A stretch of DNA of 64,000 nucleotides. It comes from Myxococcota bacterium (GTDB taxonomy: Bacteria > Myxococcota_A > UBA9160 > PR03). The translations under genes and the position numbers were made by a program. The stretch covers positions 26,200 through 90,199 of the forward strand of contig JBFIML010000010.1 in NCBI GenBank assembly GCA_041611735.1. Direction: 5' to 3'. Shown piece after piece: positions 47,390-57,560 of this stretch. Each line of letters begins with the position of its first letter. Positions within the stretch are counted from its first letter, which is position 1. The notes below the pieces were generated by a model, which saw only the letters and a program-made list of their open reading frames with translations, ran no database searches and was not told the origin of the DNA.

Positions 47390-47460
47390 TGGGGCGTCGT
47401 CTAATGGTAGGACAGCGGCCTTTGGAGCCGTTCATGGAGGTTCGAATCCTCCCGCCCCAG
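47390..47460 (+). tRNA. tRNA-Gln (TTG anticodon), CCA not encoded
   Basis: Acceptor stem TGGGGCG/CGCCCCA, anticodon arm GCGGC-CTTTGGA-GCCGT, T-loop GGTTCGAATCC. Confidence 0.96.
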
Positions 47461-47498
47461 CCCGATCGGAAACCCGTCCCGCGACCGAGGCCAGCCCC

Positions 47499-48437
47499 AT
47501 GAAAGGCATGAAGCTGTTCGCCGGCAACTCGAACGGTCCGCTGGCTCGGGCCGTGGCGGCCTACCTGGACGTCGAGCTCGGCAAGGCCGAGGTCGGCACC
47601 TTCAGCGACGGCGAGGTGAACGTCGAGATCCGCGAGAACGTGCGCGGCATGGACTGCTTCGTGATCCAGTCCACCTGTGCGCCCGCCAATACGCACGTGA
47701 TGGAGCTGCTCATCATGATCGACGCGCTGCGCCGCTCCTCGGCGCTGCGCATCACCGCCGTGATCCCCTACTATGGCTATGCGCGCCAGGACCGCAAGGT
47801 GCAGCCGCGCGCTCCGATCACCGCGAAGCTGGTGGCAGACGTGATCTCGGCGGCAGGCGCCAATCGCCTCCTGTGCCTGGATCTGCACGCGGGACAGATC
47901 CAGGGCTTCTTCAACATCCCGGTGGACAACCTCTACGGCACGCCGGTGCTGCTGCCGGCCATGCGCGAGCGCTTCGGCCGCGAGCTGACCATCATCTCGC
48001 CGGATGCCGGCGGTGTGGAGCGCGCCCGCGCCTACGCCAAGCGCCTGGATGCCCCGCTTGCCATCGTCGACAAGCGTCGCGAAGCCGCCAACGTGGCTCG
48101 GGTGATGAACGTGGTCGGCGACGTGAAGGGGCGAACCTGCGTGCTGGTGGACGACATCGTGGACACGGCCGGGACCCTGTGCCAGGCGGCGGAGGCGCTC
48201 CGCGGGGCGGGCGCCAGCCGGGTCTTCGCGGTGGTCACCCACCCGGTCCTGTCCGGTCCGGCCGTGAAGCGCATCCACGAGTCGCCGCTCGAGGAGATCG
48301 TCGTCACGGATACGATCCTGCTTCGCGACGAGGCCCAGCGGTCGGAGAAGATCCACGTCGTCACGATCGCGCCCATTCTGGGCGAGGCGATCCGGCGCAT
48401 CACCAACGAGGAGAGCGTCAGTTCGCTCTTCGTGTAG
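47499..48437 (+). CDS. prs: Ribose-phosphate pyrophosphokinase
   Basis: [40 protein letters not shown] and [10 protein letters not shown] motifs. Confidence 0.98.
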   Translation: MKGMKLFAGNSNGPLARAVAAYLDVELGKAEVGTFSDGEVNVEIRENVRGMDCFVIQSTCAPANTHVMELLIMIDALRRSSALRITAVIPYYGYARQDRKVQPRAPITAKLVADVISAAGANRLLCLDLHAGQIQGFFNIPVDNLYGTPVLLPAMRERFGRELTIISPDAGGVERARAYAKRLDAPLAIVDKRREAANVARVMNVVGDVKGRTCVLVDDIVDTAGTLCQAAEALRGAGASRVFAVVTHPVLSGPAVKRIHESPLEEIVVTDTILLRDEAQRSEKIHVVTIAPILGEAIRRITNEESVSSLFV

Positions 48438-48451
48438 AAGGGGACCCCATC

Positions 48452-49126
48452 GTGGCCGAGACCGGACTGAGCGTCGATCTCCGCGAGCGGAGCGGCAAGG
48501 GCGCTGCGCGCAAGCTGCGTGCGGCGGGGCGCATCCCGGGCGTGGTGTACGGCAAGGGGCGCGCCACCACGCCGATCGCGCTCGATCCGCACGCGCTCGA
48601 CCGTCTGCTCAAGACGAGCGAGGCGGGCCTCAACACCTTGATCGAGCTCACCGTAAACGGGAGAGACGGCCGCACCACCGTCCTCGTGAAGGAGCTCCAG
48701 CGAGATCCCGTGCGCGGGGGGCTTCTGCACGCGGATCTCTACGAGGTGGACCTGACCCGGACCATCGAGGTGGAGGTTCCGATCCATCTGATCGGACGTC
48801 CGCGTGGCGTCGAGATGGGCGGCATCCTGGATCAGACCCTGCGTACGATCGAAGTCGAATGCCTTCCCAGCGACATTCCCGACGAGGTCGAGTTCGACGT
48901 CTCCCATCTCGAGATCGGCGACGTGGTGCACGTGTCCGACCTCCCGATCCCGTCGAACGTGGAGCTGCAGACCGACGCCCACCTGGGCGTCGCCCACGTG
49001 ATCCTGCCGGCGGCAGAGGAGGCGGCCGAGGCCGTGGAGGCCGAGGCGGTCCCGACGGAGGCGGAGGCCGAGGGCGAGGCCGCCGAGGCGGGCGAGACCG
49101 CCGGCGAGGAGAAGTCCGGCGAGTAG
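48452..49126 (+). CDS. rplY: 50S ribosomal protein L25/Ctc
   Basis: GKGAARKLRAAGRIPGVVYG, KELQRDPV and HADLY motifs; acidic tail. Confidence 0.96.
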   Translation: MAETGLSVDLRERSGKGAARKLRAAGRIPGVVYGKGRATTPIALDPHALDRLLKTSEAGLNTLIELTVNGRDGRTTVLVKELQRDPVRGGLLHADLYEVDLTRTIEVEVPIHLIGRPRGVEMGGILDQTLRTIEVECLPSDIPDEVEFDVSHLEIGDVVHVSDLPIPSNVELQTDAHLGVAHVILPAAEEAAEAVEAEAVPTEAEAEGEAAEAGETAGEEKSGE

Positions 49127-49138
49127 GGCCGCCCGGGC

Positions 49139-49735
49139 GTGAAGCTCGTCGTCGGGCTCGGAAACCCCGGGCCCCGTTACGCGGCGACCCGCCACAACGT
49201 GGGGTTTCGCGTGGTGGAGCAGTTCGCCGCGCGCCACGGGATCGCGCTGGATCGCGACCGGGCCCTGCGCGGGCGCTTCGGCCGTGGACGCACGCTCGGT
49301 CTCGACGTGGGCGTCCTCGAGCCCCTCACCTACATGAATCTCTCCGGCCGCTCGGTGCGGGTCGCGCTGCGGGATCTGCCCCTCGAGGACCCGGCCCGCG
49401 ACCTTGTCGTGGTGTTCGATGACGTGGATCTCCCCTTCGGCCGGCTGCGGGTGCGGCCGGCGGGGGGCGCCGGCGGCCACAAGGGACTGGCGGACGTGAT
49501 CGCGCGCGTGCGGCGCGACGACTTCACCCGCTTGCGCTTCGGCGTGGGCCGGGCGCCTCCCGGCGAGGACACCGCCGACTATGTGCTGACCCGCTTCGAT
49601 GCGGCGGAGGAGGCGTTGCTGCCCGAGCGGCTCGAGGAGGCCGCCGATGCCCTCGACGCGATCCTCGCGGACGGCGTGGAGGCGGCCATGAATCGCTTCA
49701 ACGCCGCGCCGCGGGCGGCGAGCGAGGTGAGCTGA
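49139..49735 (+). CDS. pth: Peptidyl-tRNA hydrolase
   Basis: VVGLGNPG..YAATRHNVGF, PLTYMNLSG, GGHKGL and AMNRFN motifs. Confidence 0.97.
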   Translation: MKLVVGLGNPGPRYAATRHNVGFRVVEQFAARHGIALDRDRALRGRFGRGRTLGLDVGVLEPLTYMNLSGRSVRVALRDLPLEDPARDLVVVFDDVDLPFGRLRVRPAGGAGGHKGLADVIARVRRDDFTRLRFGVGRAPPGEDTADYVLTRFDAAEEALLPERLEEAADALDAILADGVEAAMNRFNAAPRAASEVS

Positions 49736-49852
49736 GCCCGACGGCGCCCGGCTCGCACGCCCTCCCGGGAGCCGCTAGAGTGCTCATCCGCCGCTCCGGC
49801 GCCGCGAACGCCCGGTCCGCGGTGTGGCGGCCACGGTGGATCCGGCGGCGCG

Positions 49853-51235
49853 ATGACCAGCGATCAGAACGTGTCGAGCCTGCGTGCGCCGCCCCTGGTG
49901 GTGCGGCTCACCCGACCCTTCCAGCGCTTCGTCCATCTGGAGGCGTCCAGCAGCCTCCTGCTGCTGATCATGACGATCACCGCGCTGGTCTGGGCGAACT
50001 CACCCTTCCATCACGGCTACGAGCACCTGAAGCACCTGCCGCTGAGCCTCGGGGTCGGCGACTTCGAGCTCTCGCTTCCCCTGGAGGCCTGGGTCAACGA
50101 CGCGCTCATGGCCATCTTCTTCTTCGTCGTGGGCCTCGAGATCAAGCGCGAGCTGGTGCACGGCGAGCTCTCGACGCGGGCGCGCGCCATGTTGCCGGTG
50201 CTCGGCGCCCTGGGCGGCATGGTGGTGCCGGCTTCGATCTATGCGGCCATCCACTGGGGAGGACCCGCCCTGCACGGCTGGGGCATTCCGATGGCCACCG
50301 ACATCGCCTTCGCCGTGGCTGCGCTCTCGGTCTTCGGCTCGCGGGTTCCGGCGGGGCTCAAGGTCTTCCTGCTGGCACTCGCCATCGCCGACGACCTGGG
50401 AGCGGTGGCCGTGATCGCCGTGTTCTATACCGCCGATCTGTCCCTGGCCTGGCTGGGGCTGGCCGTGCTCGGCCTGGGCCTCACCTTCAGCATGAACCTG
50501 GCGGGAGTCCGCTCCTACCTGCCCTATCTCCTGGCGGGAGGCGCCGTCTGGCTCGCCACGCTCTACTCCGGCGTGCACGCCACGGTGGCCGGGGTCGCGC
50601 TCGGATTCCTCACGCCGTCGGCGCCGGAGGATCCCACTCAGGAGACGCTGGTGAAGCGCGGCATGGGCGCCGTCGACCGCCTGCGCCGGCTGGTGGCCGA
50701 GCAGGAGGACCACGGGGGCCACGAGCGCCATCGGGTGCTGCGGGAGCTCCAGAACGTGGGGCGTTCGGCGCTCTCGCCCCTCGATCACCTGACCAACCTG
50801 CTCCACCCGTGGGTCGCCTTCGGGATCATGCCACTCTTCGCGCTCACCAACGCGGGCGTGGCCTTCGAAGCCAGCACGCTCGCGGACCCCCAGGCGCAGC
50901 GCGTGGGCATCGCCGTTGCCCTCGGCCTCCTGATCGGCAAGCCGATCGGGGTGAGCCTGTTCAGCTGGGTCGCGGTGCGCCTCGGCATCGCCGAGCTTCC
51001 GCGGGGCGTCACCTGGACCGCGATTCTCGCCACCGGCGCGCTGGCGGGCATCGGCTTCACGGTGGCGCTCTTCATCACGGCCCTCGCCTTCGACAATCCC
51101 CACTTCACGGCCGGCTCCAAGATCGGGATCCTGGGCGCCTCGGCGATCGCCACGCTGCTCGGCGTGAGCCTGCTCTCCCGCGCCCTGCCGCCGCCCGGGC
51201 ACGCGAACGAGATCGGACCCGGCGAGGAGACGTGA
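49853..51235 (+). CDS. nhaA: Na+/H+ antiporter NhaA
   Basis: WVNDALMAIFFFVVGLEIKRE, GWGIPMATDIAFA, LAIADD, GVHATVAG and GIGFT motifs. Confidence 0.96.
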   Translation: MTSDQNVSSLRAPPLVVRLTRPFQRFVHLEASSSLLLLIMTITALVWANSPFHHGYEHLKHLPLSLGVGDFELSLPLEAWVNDALMAIFFFVVGLEIKRELVHGELSTRARAMLPVLGALGGMVVPASIYAAIHWGGPALHGWGIPMATDIAFAVAALSVFGSRVPAGLKVFLLALAIADDLGAVAVIAVFYTADLSLAWLGLAVLGLGLTFSMNLAGVRSYLPYLLAGGAVWLATLYSGVHATVAGVALGFLTPSAPEDPTQETLVKRGMGAVDRLRRLVAEQEDHGGHERHRVLRELQNVGRSALSPLDHLTNLLHPWVAFGIMPLFALTNAGVAFEASTLADPQAQRVGIAVALGLLIGKPIGVSLFSWVAVRLGIAELPRGVTWTAILATGALAGIGFTVALFITALAFDNPHFTAGSKIGILGASAIATLLGVSLLSRALPPPGHANEIGPGEET

Positions 51236-51249
51236 GCGGCACCCGGCTT

Positions 51250-51344
51250 GATTGTCCGTCGATACCCGGGTTTCAAGCTTGAAAAATTTGCCGATTGTAC
51301 GGTTTTTATGACATATTGACCGGGTATTGGCCGGTCTGTAGACT
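51250..51344 (+). promoter_or_regulatory. Promoter/operator of pdxR-pdxST
   Basis: TTGACC-N17-TAGACT (51316-51344), phased ATTGnnCG direct repeats, and the palindrome TTTCAAGCTTGAAA (51271-51284). Confidence 0.7.
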
Positions 51345-51351
51345 GCACGCC

Positions 51352-52839
51352 ATGGAAATCCTGCTGGAGCGCGGTGAGGGGCGCGCCGCGCCCGTCTACC
51401 GCCAGATCGCGGAGCAGATCCGGCACTCGATCGCCAGCGGCCAGCTGGCGGACGGGACGCGGCTGCCGCCGATCCGCGGTCTCGCCCAGCGCCTGGGCGT
51501 CCATCGCGACACGGTGGCTCTCGCCTACGAGGAGCTCGTGGCGGCGGGCCTGGCCGAGGCCACGGTGGGTCGCGGAACCTTCGTGCGCCAGGCGGCGCTG
51601 CCGGCCGAGGCGACGCTCCCCTTCGAGCCTCCGCTCTCGGCACCCATCGAACGCCTGCTCGAGTTCGAACGGGCGCGACCCCGCTACGGCGCGGCAAGTG
51701 AGAGCGTTCCCCTGCACGCGCTGGTGCCCGACCCGACGCTGTTTCCGGTGGACGAGTTCCGTCGCGCGCTCGGCCGCACCCTCACCGAGGGCGGCGCGGA
51801 GCTGCTGCTCTACGGGGGGCCCCAGGGCCATCCGGGCCTGCGCGAGTCCCTGGCGCGGCGCCTGCGGGCGCAGCACGGCATCGAAGCGCGCCCGGAAGAG
51901 CTGGTGATCTGCCAGGGCGCGAGTCAGGGCATCTCCCTGGCCCTGCGCCTGTTCGCCCAGCCGGGCGACGCCGTGGCGGTGGAGGAGCCCACCTACCAGA
52001 ACGTGCTGGGCGCCCTGCTCGGCCTGGGCCTGCGCCCGGTGCCCGTGCCCATGGAGGCCGAAGGGCCCGACCTGGCCCGCCTGGAACAGGTGCTGGCCCG
52101 GCCCGAGGTCAAGCTCTTCTACACCATCCCGACCTTCCACAACCCCCTCGGGACCGTGATGCCCGAGGTTCGCCGGCGGGAGCTGCTGCGCGTGGCCCAG
52201 CGGGCGGGCAAGCCGGTGGTGGAGGACGCCTTCGAGGCGGACCTGCGCTTCGACGGGCATCCCGTTCCGCCGCTGGCGGCCCTGGACCGAGTGGGCCTCG
52301 TGGTCCACCTGGTCTCCTTCTCCAAGTCCCTCTTCCCGGGCTGCCGCGTCGGGGCGATCCACGCCCGCGGGCGGACCATCGAGGGGCTGCTCGCCCTGCG
52401 GCACTCCAGCGACCTGGGCGGCGCACCGCTGCTCCAGGCGGCGCTGGCGGCCTTCGTGGACGCGGGCGGCTACGACCGCCACCTGACGCGCCTGCGCCGC
52501 GTGCTGCGCGGGCGCTGCCAGGCCATGCTCGACGCCCTGGCGCGCGAGCTCTCCGGAGCAGCGACCTGGACCCACCCGGAGGGCGGCTACCAGGTCTGGG
52601 TTGCGCTGAAGGGCGCCATGGACACCAGGGATCTGCTGGCCGACGCCATGCGGGGAGGGGTTCTCTTCGCGCCGGGAGACCAGTTCTACCACGACGGCCG
52701 TCCCTCGAGCGGCCTGCGGCTCACCTTCGCCCAGGCCGACGAGGCTGGGATCCGGCGCGGTGTGGCGGCGCTCGGCGAGATCGTGCGGGTGCGGCGCGAG
52801 GAGCCGAAGGCCACCCACGCGGAGAGCGTTCACGTCTGA
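51352..52839 (+). CDS. MocR/GabR-family PLP-dependent regulator (PdxR-like)
   Basis: GntR HTH (LPPIRGLAQRLGVHRDTVALAYEEL) plus an aminotransferase domain (HNPLG, SFSK); directly upstream of pdxST. Confidence 0.9.
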   Translation: MEILLERGEGRAAPVYRQIAEQIRHSIASGQLADGTRLPPIRGLAQRLGVHRDTVALAYEELVAAGLAEATVGRGTFVRQAALPAEATLPFEPPLSAPIERLLEFERARPRYGAASESVPLHALVPDPTLFPVDEFRRALGRTLTEGGAELLLYGGPQGHPGLRESLARRLRAQHGIEARPEELVICQGASQGISLALRLFAQPGDAVAVEEPTYQNVLGALLGLGLRPVPVPMEAEGPDLARLEQVLARPEVKLFYTIPTFHNPLGTVMPEVRRRELLRVAQRAGKPVVEDAFEADLRFDGHPVPPLAALDRVGLVVHLVSFSKSLFPGCRVGAIHARGRTIEGLLALRHSSDLGGAPLLQAALAAFVDAGGYDRHLTRLRRVLRGRCQAMLDALARELSGAATWTHPEGGYQVWVALKGAMDTRDLLADAMRGGVLFAPGDQFYHDGRPSSGLRLTFAQADEAGIRRGVAALGEIVRVRREEPKATHAESVHV

Positions 52840-52869
52840 GGCGGCGCCCGCCCGCCGGGAGGAGGAGCC

Positions 52870-53799
52870 ATGAGCGAGCGAGGAAGCGGCAACGGCGGAG
52901 GCGACGCCTCCGGCCGGACCACCGCCGAGGCCTTCGAGCTGAAGGTGGGCCTCGCGGAGATGCTCAAGGGTGGCGTGATCATGGACGTGACCACGCCCGA
53001 GCAGGCCAAGATCGCCGAGGACGCGGGCGCCGCCGCCGTGATGGCCCTGGAGCGCGTGCCGGCCGACATCCGCAAGGAGGGCGGGGTAGCGCGCATGGCG
53101 GCCATCGAGGTGATCGAGGCCATCCAGCGCACGGTCTCGATCCCGGTGATGGCCAAGGTGCGGATCGGGCACTTCCAGGAGGCGCGGGTGCTCGAGGCCC
53201 TGGGGGTGGACTTCATCGACGAGAGCGAGGTGCTCACGCCTGCCGACGAGGAGCACCACATCGACAAGCACGCCTTCCGCTCGCCCTTCGTGTGCGGGGC
53301 GCGCGACCTGGGCGAGGCCCTGCGCCGCATCGCCGAGGGAGCGGCCCTGATCCGGACCAAGGGCGAGGCCGGGAGCGGAAACATCGTGGAGGCCGTGCGG
53401 CACCTGCGGCGGGTCGTGGGCGGGATCCGGCAGCTTGCTGCCGTACCCCGGGAGGAGCTGCCCGCCTCGGCCAAGGAGCTGCGGGCAACCCTCGATCTCG
53501 TGCTGCGCGTGGCCGAGAGCGGGCGCCTCCCGGTGCCGAACTTCGCGGCGGGAGGCATCGCGACTCCGGCCGACGCCGCCCTCTGCATGGCGCTCGGTGC
53601 GGAGGCCAACTTCGTGGGCTCGGGCATCTTCAAGAGCGCGGACCCGGAGGCCCGCGCCCGGGCCATCGTCCGGGCCACGACCCACTGGCGGGAGCCGGCG
53701 GAGGTGCTGGCCGCCAGCCGGGGCCTCGGCCGCGCCATGGAGGGCCTGGCCCTGGAGACCCTCGGCGAGGCCGAGCGGCTGGCCAACCGCGGATGGTGA
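52870..53799 (+). CDS. pdxS: Pyridoxal 5'-phosphate synthase lyase subunit
   Basis: [31 protein letters not shown] and [12 protein letters not shown] motifs. Confidence 0.98.
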   Translation: MSERGSGNGGGDASGRTTAEAFELKVGLAEMLKGGVIMDVTTPEQAKIAEDAGAAAVMALERVPADIRKEGGVARMAAIEVIEAIQRTVSIPVMAKVRIGHFQEARVLEALGVDFIDESEVLTPADEEHHIDKHAFRSPFVCGARDLGEALRRIAEGAALIRTKGEAGSGNIVEAVRHLRRVVGGIRQLAAVPREELPASAKELRATLDLVLRVAESGRLPVPNFAAGGIATPADAALCMALGAEANFVGSGIFKSADPEARARAIVRATTHWREPAEVLAASRGLGRAMEGLALETLGEAERLANRGW

Positions 53800-54401
53800 G
53801 CGGAACCGGAGCGGGTAGGCCGACCGTGGGCGTCCTGGCCGTCCAGGGTGACATGGAGAGGCACGCCCGGGCGGTGGAGCGCGCCGGGGGTCGAGCGGTC
53901 CCCGTCCTACGCGAGAAGGACCTGGACGGGATCGACGCCGTGATCCTGCCGGGCGGGGAGAGCACCACCATCTCGAAAGGGATGCAGCGCCTCGGCCTCT
54001 ACGAGCCCCTGCGCGAGCTCGCCCGGGCGGAGCGTCCCCTCCTGGGTACCTGCGCCGGAGCGATCCTCCTGGGGCGCGAGGTGGAGAACCACCCGGTCCC
54101 GACCCTGGGGATCCTGGATCTGCGCGCGGTCCGCAACGCCTACGGCACCCAGGTGGACTCCTTCGCCGCGATGGTGGACCGGGGTGCAGCGGCAGGCTTC
54201 GAAGGGCTGCGTTGTGTCTTCATCCGCGCGCCCCGCCTCGAGGCCCTCGGCGCCCGGGTGGAGGTCCTGGCCCGCGTGGACGGGGCGCCGGTTCTCGTGC
54301 GCGCGGGCCGGGTGCTCGCCGCCACCTTCCACCCGGAGCTCACCGACGACGATCGCGTGCACCGGGCCCTGCTCGATCTGGCGGGAGGAACCCCGGGCTG
54401 A
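53796..54401 (+). CDS. pdxT: PLP synthase glutaminase subunit
   Basis: [35 protein letters not shown] and FHPEL motifs. The alternative ATG start is at 53793. Confidence 0.96.
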   Translation: MSGTGAGRPTVGVLAVQGDMERHARAVERAGGRAVPVLREKDLDGIDAVILPGGESTTISKGMQRLGLYEPLRELARAERPLLGTCAGAILLGREVENHPVPTLGILDLRAVRNAYGTQVDSFAAMVDRGAAAGFEGLRCVFIRAPRLEALGARVEVLARVDGAPVLVRAGRVLAATFHPELTDDDRVHRALLDLAGGTPG

Positions 54402-54593
54402 GGATGCCCTGGGGGGCGGGCGGGCTGGGGGCGCGCTTTGCATTCCCCGTGGCGCTCCGGTATCTCTCTCCCGTCGCGGCTCCGCTCCGGAGCCGCAAGC
54501 CACCTCGGCTCCCTCGAACCCGCCGCCCGCGCTGCGGCGGTCCGGGAGGGAGCCCGGAGCCGGGCCCTCGGCTCCGTCCGTGGGGAGGATTCC

Positions 54594-55124
54594 GTGCGCG
54601 AGTACGAGATCACGTTCATCGTCCAGCCGGAGATCTCCGAGGAGGGTCGCGAAGCCCTGGTGGGGCGACTCGGCAGCCTGCTCGAGAAGGGCGGCGCCAC
54701 CCGCCTCGAGCTGCACGATCACGGCAAGCGCAAGCTCGCCTACGAGATCCGCAAGTTCCAGAAGGGTCACTACCTTACCCTCAACTTCCTCGACCAGGGC
54801 CCCGCCATTCCCGAGCTCGAGCGCGCCCTGCGCGTGGACGAGTCGGTGCTCCGCTACCTGACTGTCCAGGTGTCGGAGGAGATCCAGGACGTGGGAGGGC
54901 GCCGGGCGCATGCCGCCGAGCAGGAGCGCATCCGCAAGGAGCGGGCTGCCGAGCGCGCCGCCCGCGAGGCGGAGGAGCGCGCGGCCCGGGAGGCCGAGGA
55001 GCGGGAGCGCGCGGCCCAGGCCGCGGCCCAGGGGGAGGCCGGTGCGGGCGAGGAGCAGCCCGCTGCGGAGGAGCCGGAGAGCGACGAGGGCGAGGACTCG
55101 GACGCCGAGGCGGTGGAGGAGTAG
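54594..55124 (+). CDS. rpsF: 30S ribosomal protein S6 with long charged C-terminal extension
   Basis: REYEITFIVQP, GKRKLAYEI..GHY and ESVLRYLTV motifs; GGAGG RBS. Confidence 0.95.
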   Translation: MREYEITFIVQPEISEEGREALVGRLGSLLEKGGATRLELHDHGKRKLAYEIRKFQKGHYLTLNFLDQGPAIPELERALRVDESVLRYLTVQVSEEIQDVGGRRAHAAEQERIRKERAAERAAREAEERAAREAEERERAAQAAAQGEAGAGEEQPAAEEPESDEGEDSDAEAVEE

Positions 55125-55127
55125 CCC

Positions 55128-55541
55128 ATGAGTACCGGCGAGAGGTCGGAACGACGTGAGCCTCGGGAGCGCGGTGAAGGCCGGGAGCGGGGCGAAGGCC
55201 GGGAGCGCGGCGAAGGCCGCGAGCGGGACGATGGGCGCGAGCGGGGCGCGGGTCCCCATCGGGGGCTCAAGCAGCGGCTGCGGGCCAAGGCGCGCAAGCG
55301 CGCCCGCAAGGAGGGCAAACGGGTCTTCCTGCGTCGCAAGGTGTGCCGCTTCTGCGCCGACGCCAAGATCGAGATCGACTACAAGGACCCGAAGGTGCTG
55401 CGCTTCTTCGTGACGGAGACGGGCAAGATGATCCCGCGCAGGATCTCCGGAAACTGCGCCCGCCATCAGCGGGAGGTGGCCCACGCGGTCAAGCGCGCTC
55501 GCATTCTCGCGCTGGTTCCGTACTCCGTTCGGTCCATCTAG
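55128..55541 (+). CDS. rpsR: 30S ribosomal protein S18 (Zn-binding type) with repetitive N-terminal extension
   Basis: [41 protein letters not shown]. Confidence 0.95.
   Translation: MSTGERSERREPRERGEGRERGEGRERGEGRERDDGRERGAGPHRGLKQRLRAKARKRARKEGKRVFLRRKVCRFCADAKIEIDYKDPKVLRFFVTETGKMIPRRISGNCARHQREVAHAVKRARILALVPYSVRSI
55164..55247 (+). repeat. 18-nt coding tandem repeat (RERGEG, ~4.5 copies) in rpsR
   Basis: cgggagcgcggtgaaggc / cgggagcggggcgaaggc / cgggagcgcggcgaaggc / cgcgagcgggacgatggg. Confidence 0.85.
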
Positions 55542-55568
55542 TTCGGTCCGTAAAGCTGGGGAGGGTCG

Positions 55569-56024
55569 ATGCGCCACGTCCAGGTCATCCTGCGCGAGGA
55601 CGTCCCGGACCTCGGGGACGCGGGCGAGCTGGTACGCGTCCGGCCGGGGCACGCTCGCAACTATCTCCTCCCTCAGGGGAAGGCCATCCTGGCCACCGAG
55701 GGAAACCTGCGCGAGGTCGAGCACCACAAGCGCGTGATCGAGGAGAAGCGCGTCCGCGAGCGCACGGCGCTCGAGGCGGAGCGGAGCCGCCTCGAGGGCG
55801 TCGAGCTCGAGATCGCGGCCAAGGCGGGCGAGGAGGGCAGGTTGTTCGGCTCCGTGACGGCCGCCCAGATCGCCGAGCACCTGGCCGAACGAGGGTTTGC
55901 GGTCGACCGACGCAAGATCGCGCTGGCCGAGCCCATCAAGCAGTTGGGCGAGCACGCGGTTGCGGTGCGGCTGCGCCGCGACGTCAACGCCACCCTCAAG
56001 GTGAAGGTCGTTGCGGCATCTTGA
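55569..56024 (+). CDS. rplI: 50S ribosomal protein L9
   Basis: VILREDVPDLG..G..VRVRPGHARNYLLPQGKA, GRLFGSVT and PIKQLG motifs. Confidence 0.97.
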   Translation: MRHVQVILREDVPDLGDAGELVRVRPGHARNYLLPQGKAILATEGNLREVEHHKRVIEEKRVRERTALEAERSRLEGVELEIAAKAGEEGRLFGSVTAAQIAEHLAERGFAVDRRKIALAEPIKQLGEHAVAVRLRRDVNATLKVKVVAAS

Positions 56025-56078
56025 TTCGTTCGTGATATAAGAGAGGGTCCCGGCTCTCACGCGCACGGAGGGGGTGAG

Positions 56079-57560
56079 GTGGCGCGTCGATCACGGGCCT
56101 GGCAGGGCACTGCCGGCGACGCCGGCGGGGGCGCGGAAGTCTTCCGCGGGCGCGTCCCGCCCCACGACATCGAGGCGGAGAAGGCCGTCCTCTCGGCCAT
56201 CCTGATCGACAACCACGCCCTCCACGCCGTGTTGACCGAGGTCAAGCCCGAGGACTTCTATCACCCCGGGCACCGGCTGCTCTACCAGGCCATGATCGCG
56301 CTGAAGGACGACAACCAGCCCGTCGATCTGCATACCCTCTCCGACTGGCTCACGACGCGCAAGCAGCTCGACGAGCTGGGCGGCCCCGTCGCCCTGGCCG
56401 AGATCGCCGACTACGAGGCGACGGCCGCCCACGTAATCCACCACGCCCGCATCGTGCGCGACAAGTCGTTGCGGCGGCGCCTGATCCACGTGGCAACGGA
56501 GATCGTGGAACACGGCTTCGAGCACGCCGAGGCTGCCGAGCGCCTGCTCGACATGGCGGAGTCGCGCATCTTCGAGGTGAGCCAGGAGACCAGTCGTCGC
56601 GTCAGCTTCCGCAGCCTGGGCGACGAGATGCAGGACACCTTCGACTACGTCGAGATGCTGATGAACCGGGGCGGAGAGCTCACGGGTCTTCCCACCGGCT
56701 TCCAGGATCTGGACGAGATGACGGGCGGGCTCCAGCGGGGCGAGCTCGTGATCCTGGCCGCGCGCCCCAGCATGGGAAAGACGGCGCTGGCCCTCAACCT
56801 GGCTCGCAACGCCGCCGTGGACCACGCGAAGAAGGCGGCGGTCTTCTCGCTCGAAATGACCACCCGTTCCCTCGTGCTGCGGCTGCTGGCTGCGGAGGCC
56901 CGCATCGATTTCGCCACCTTCCGCCGCGGCTACATCGCGGTGAACGACCATGCGCGGCTGGTGAACGCCGCCGGCCGGCTCTCGAACGCGGACATCTGGA
57001 TCGACGACTCCGGACTCATCACGGTGCTCGAGATGAAGGCCAAGTGCCGCCGCATGAAGGCGGAGCGCGGCCTCGATCTCGTGGTCGTCGACTACCTGCA
57101 GCTCGCCCATGGCGACGGCAAGTACGAGCGGCGCGAGCAGGAGATCTCCGAGATCAGCCGCAGCCTCAAGGCCCTGGCCAAGGAGCTCGACCTGCCGGTG
57201 GTGGCACTCTCGCAGCTCAACCGCGGCCCCGAGATGCGCGGCGGGGAGCACCGGCGGCCCATGCTGGCGGACCTGCGCGAGTCGGGCGCCATCGAGCAGG
57301 ACGCCGACGTGATCGGCTTCATCTACCGCGACCAGGTCTACAACCCCGACACCGAGGACCAGGGCATTGCCGAGCTGATCCTGGCCAAGCAGCGCAACGG
57401 GCCGACCGGTACCGTGAAGCTGCGCTTCGAGGCACGCTACGCGCGTTTCGACAACCTCTCGCCGCGCGACGACGGCCCGGCCGGTCCGCCGGGCGGGAGT
57501 GGCCGCGCCGGGAGCTTCCAGGGACCCGAAGACGACGCCCTCGAGGAGACGCCCTTCTAG
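56079..57560 (+). CDS. dnaB: Replicative DNA helicase
   Basis: PPHDIEAE, AARPSMGKT, FSLEM, VVDYLQL, ADLRESGAIEQDAD and KQRNGPTG motifs; no intein. Confidence 0.98.
   Translation: MARRSRAWQGTAGDAGGGAEVFRGRVPPHDIEAEKAVLSAILIDNHALHAVLTEVKPEDFYHPGHRLLYQAMIALKDDNQPVDLHTLSDWLTTRKQLDELGGPVALAEIADYEATAAHVIHHARIVRDKSLRRRLIHVATEIVEHGFEHAEAAERLLDMAESRIFEVSQETSRRVSFRSLGDEMQDTFDYVEMLMNRGGELTGLPTGFQDLDEMTGGLQRGELVILAARPSMGKTALALNLARNAAVDHAKKAAVFSLEMTTRSLVLRLLAAEARIDFATFRRGYIAVNDHARLVNAAGRLSNADIWIDDSGLITVLEMKAKCRRMKAERGLDLVVVDYLQLAHGDGKYERREQEISEISRSLKALAKELDLPVVALSQLNRGPEMRGGEHRRPMLADLRESGAIEQDADVIGFIYRDQVYNPDTEDQGIAELILAKQRNGPTGTVKLRFEARYARFDNLSPRDDGPAGPPGGSGRAGSFQGPEDDALEETPF

Noticed and set aside
47390-47500. 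tRNA-Gln as an island integration site
   Set aside because: Directly followed by prs; no integrase and no duplicated tRNA 3' end was seen.
55164-55247. Tandem repeats as a possible CRISPR array
   Set aside because: In-frame coding repeats with no spacers and no cas genes.
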